Source: Candidatus Methylomirabilia bacterium (GTDB lineage Bacteria > Methylomirabilota > Methylomirabilia > Rokubacteriales > CSP1-6). From it: a DNA stretch of 26,233 nucleotides. Positions 25,614 to 26,233 of the stretch are shown here, piece after piece. How positions within the stretch are numbered: position 1 is the first letter of the stretch; each line of letters begins with the position of its first letter. The DNA lies in the NCBI GenBank assembly GCA_041497895.1, contig JBGQHJ010000062.1:1-26233 (forward strand). Reading direction: 5' to 3'. Under the pieces are notes generated by a model. That model worked only from the letters and a program-made list of their open reading frames with translations, made no database searches and had not been told where the DNA came from. Both the position numbers and the translations under genes were made by a program.

Positions 25614-26095
25614 GTGGACGGGGCGACGTCGATCTCCTGGGGCATCGGGATGCCGCGGCGGGCCAGCTCCCCTTCCAGATCGAGCGCGCGGGTACCCACC
25701 GGGCGACCGCCGGGCACCGTCCAGAACACCTCGAACTCGAGGCCGTCGGGATCCTTGGCGTAGAGCGACAGGCTCACGCCGTGATCCGAGGAGCCCACCA
25801 GCGAGCGCGCCTCGATGAGCCGCCGCCGCGCACGCACGAGATCGGTCAGCTCGCCGACTTCCCACGCCGAGTGGTACATGCGCACCGCGCCCTCGTCGGG
25901 CCCGGTGACGCCGGGCTGCTCGAAGAGGCCCAGGTGGTGATCCTCGCTGCTCCCCGCGATGCGCAGGAAGGCCGCGTTCGGGTATCGCGCCTTCACCTCG
26001 AAGCCGAGGACGTCGCAGTAGAAGCGCACGCTGCGGTCCACGTCGGACACCCAGAGCACGAGGTGCTGCAGCCGCTGGAGCCCGATGCCGCTCAT
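25610..26095 (-). CDS. VOC-family protein (extradiol dioxygenase/glyoxalase-like)
   Basis: LQHLVL, DHHLGLF, MYHSAW, SDHG, SLYAKDPDGLEFEV; SD GGAGG. Confidence 0.9.
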   Translation of the reverse strand: MSGIGLQRLQHLVLWVSDVDRSVRFYCDVLGFEVKARYPNAAFLRIAGSSEDHHLGLFEQPGVTGPDEGAVRMYHSAWEVGELTDLVRARRRLIEARSLVGSSDHGVSLSLYAKDPDGLEFEVFWTVPGGRPVGTRALDLEGELARRGIPMPQEIDVAPST

Positions 26096-26230
26096 GGCGC
26101 GACCTCCAACGGGGATGCGCCCGGTTCCCGGGCGCTCATCGCGCGACCTCCAATGGGGATGCGCCCGGTTCCCGGGCGCTCATCGCGCGACCTCCAACGG
26201 GGATGCGCCCGGTTCCCGGGCGCTCATCGC
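26089..26230 (-). repeat. MIRU-like tandem repeat: 3 x 44 bp, each a 15-codon mini-ORF with hairpin and SD
   Basis: Units 26097-26140, 26141-26184, 26185-26228 identical except one base (26154); minus strand ATGAGCGCCCGGGAACCGGGCGCATCCCCGTTGGAGGTCGCGCG. Confidence 0.92.
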
Positions 26231-26233
26231 CCG

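Noticed and set aside
22362..25763. 1133-aa plus-strand ORF
   Set aside because: Antisense shadow of the cyclase gene
25614..25865. N-terminal extension of the cyclase
   Set aside because: Overlaps the VOC gene; the zinc ribbon begins at ATG 25613
26089..26230. CRISPR array
   Set aside because: Units are head-to-tail with no unique spacers, and no cas genes are in the window

Overview
Very GC-rich (roughly 70% by eye) bacterial window, densely coding. Its orphan substrate-binding proteins, LLM oxidoreductases and cyclase-ATPase-TPR protein resemble Ca. Rokubacteria/Methylomirabilota, but that assignment is inference only. 1-16.4 kb holds catabolic and redox genes: 2 LLM, VOC, SDR, family-5 SBP, PNPOx-like, thiolase-like + DUF35, D-2-hydroxyacid dehydrogenase, a second SBP, 2 Zn-ADH, 2 mandelate racemase-like enolases, a secreted Vgb-like propeller, cytochrome c and an FAH-family protein. 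Three copies of a REP-like palindrome lie among them. 16.4-26.2 kb is one minus-strand run: MIRU-like 44-bp coupled mini-ORF repeats > VOC > zinc-ribbon/class III cyclase/STAND ATPase/TPR > redoxin (CPFC) > stand-alone A-PCP-TE with a Cys-type thioesterase > decayed cyclase 3' remnant > second redoxin > frameshifted GlxA/AraC regulator > DJ-1/PfpI. Best lead: the second redoxin, truncated in the ORF track, has an in-frame TGA exactly at the first Cys of CxxC followed by a SECIS-like hairpin. It is a candidate UxxC selenoprotein with its Cys paralog about 3.5 kb away.
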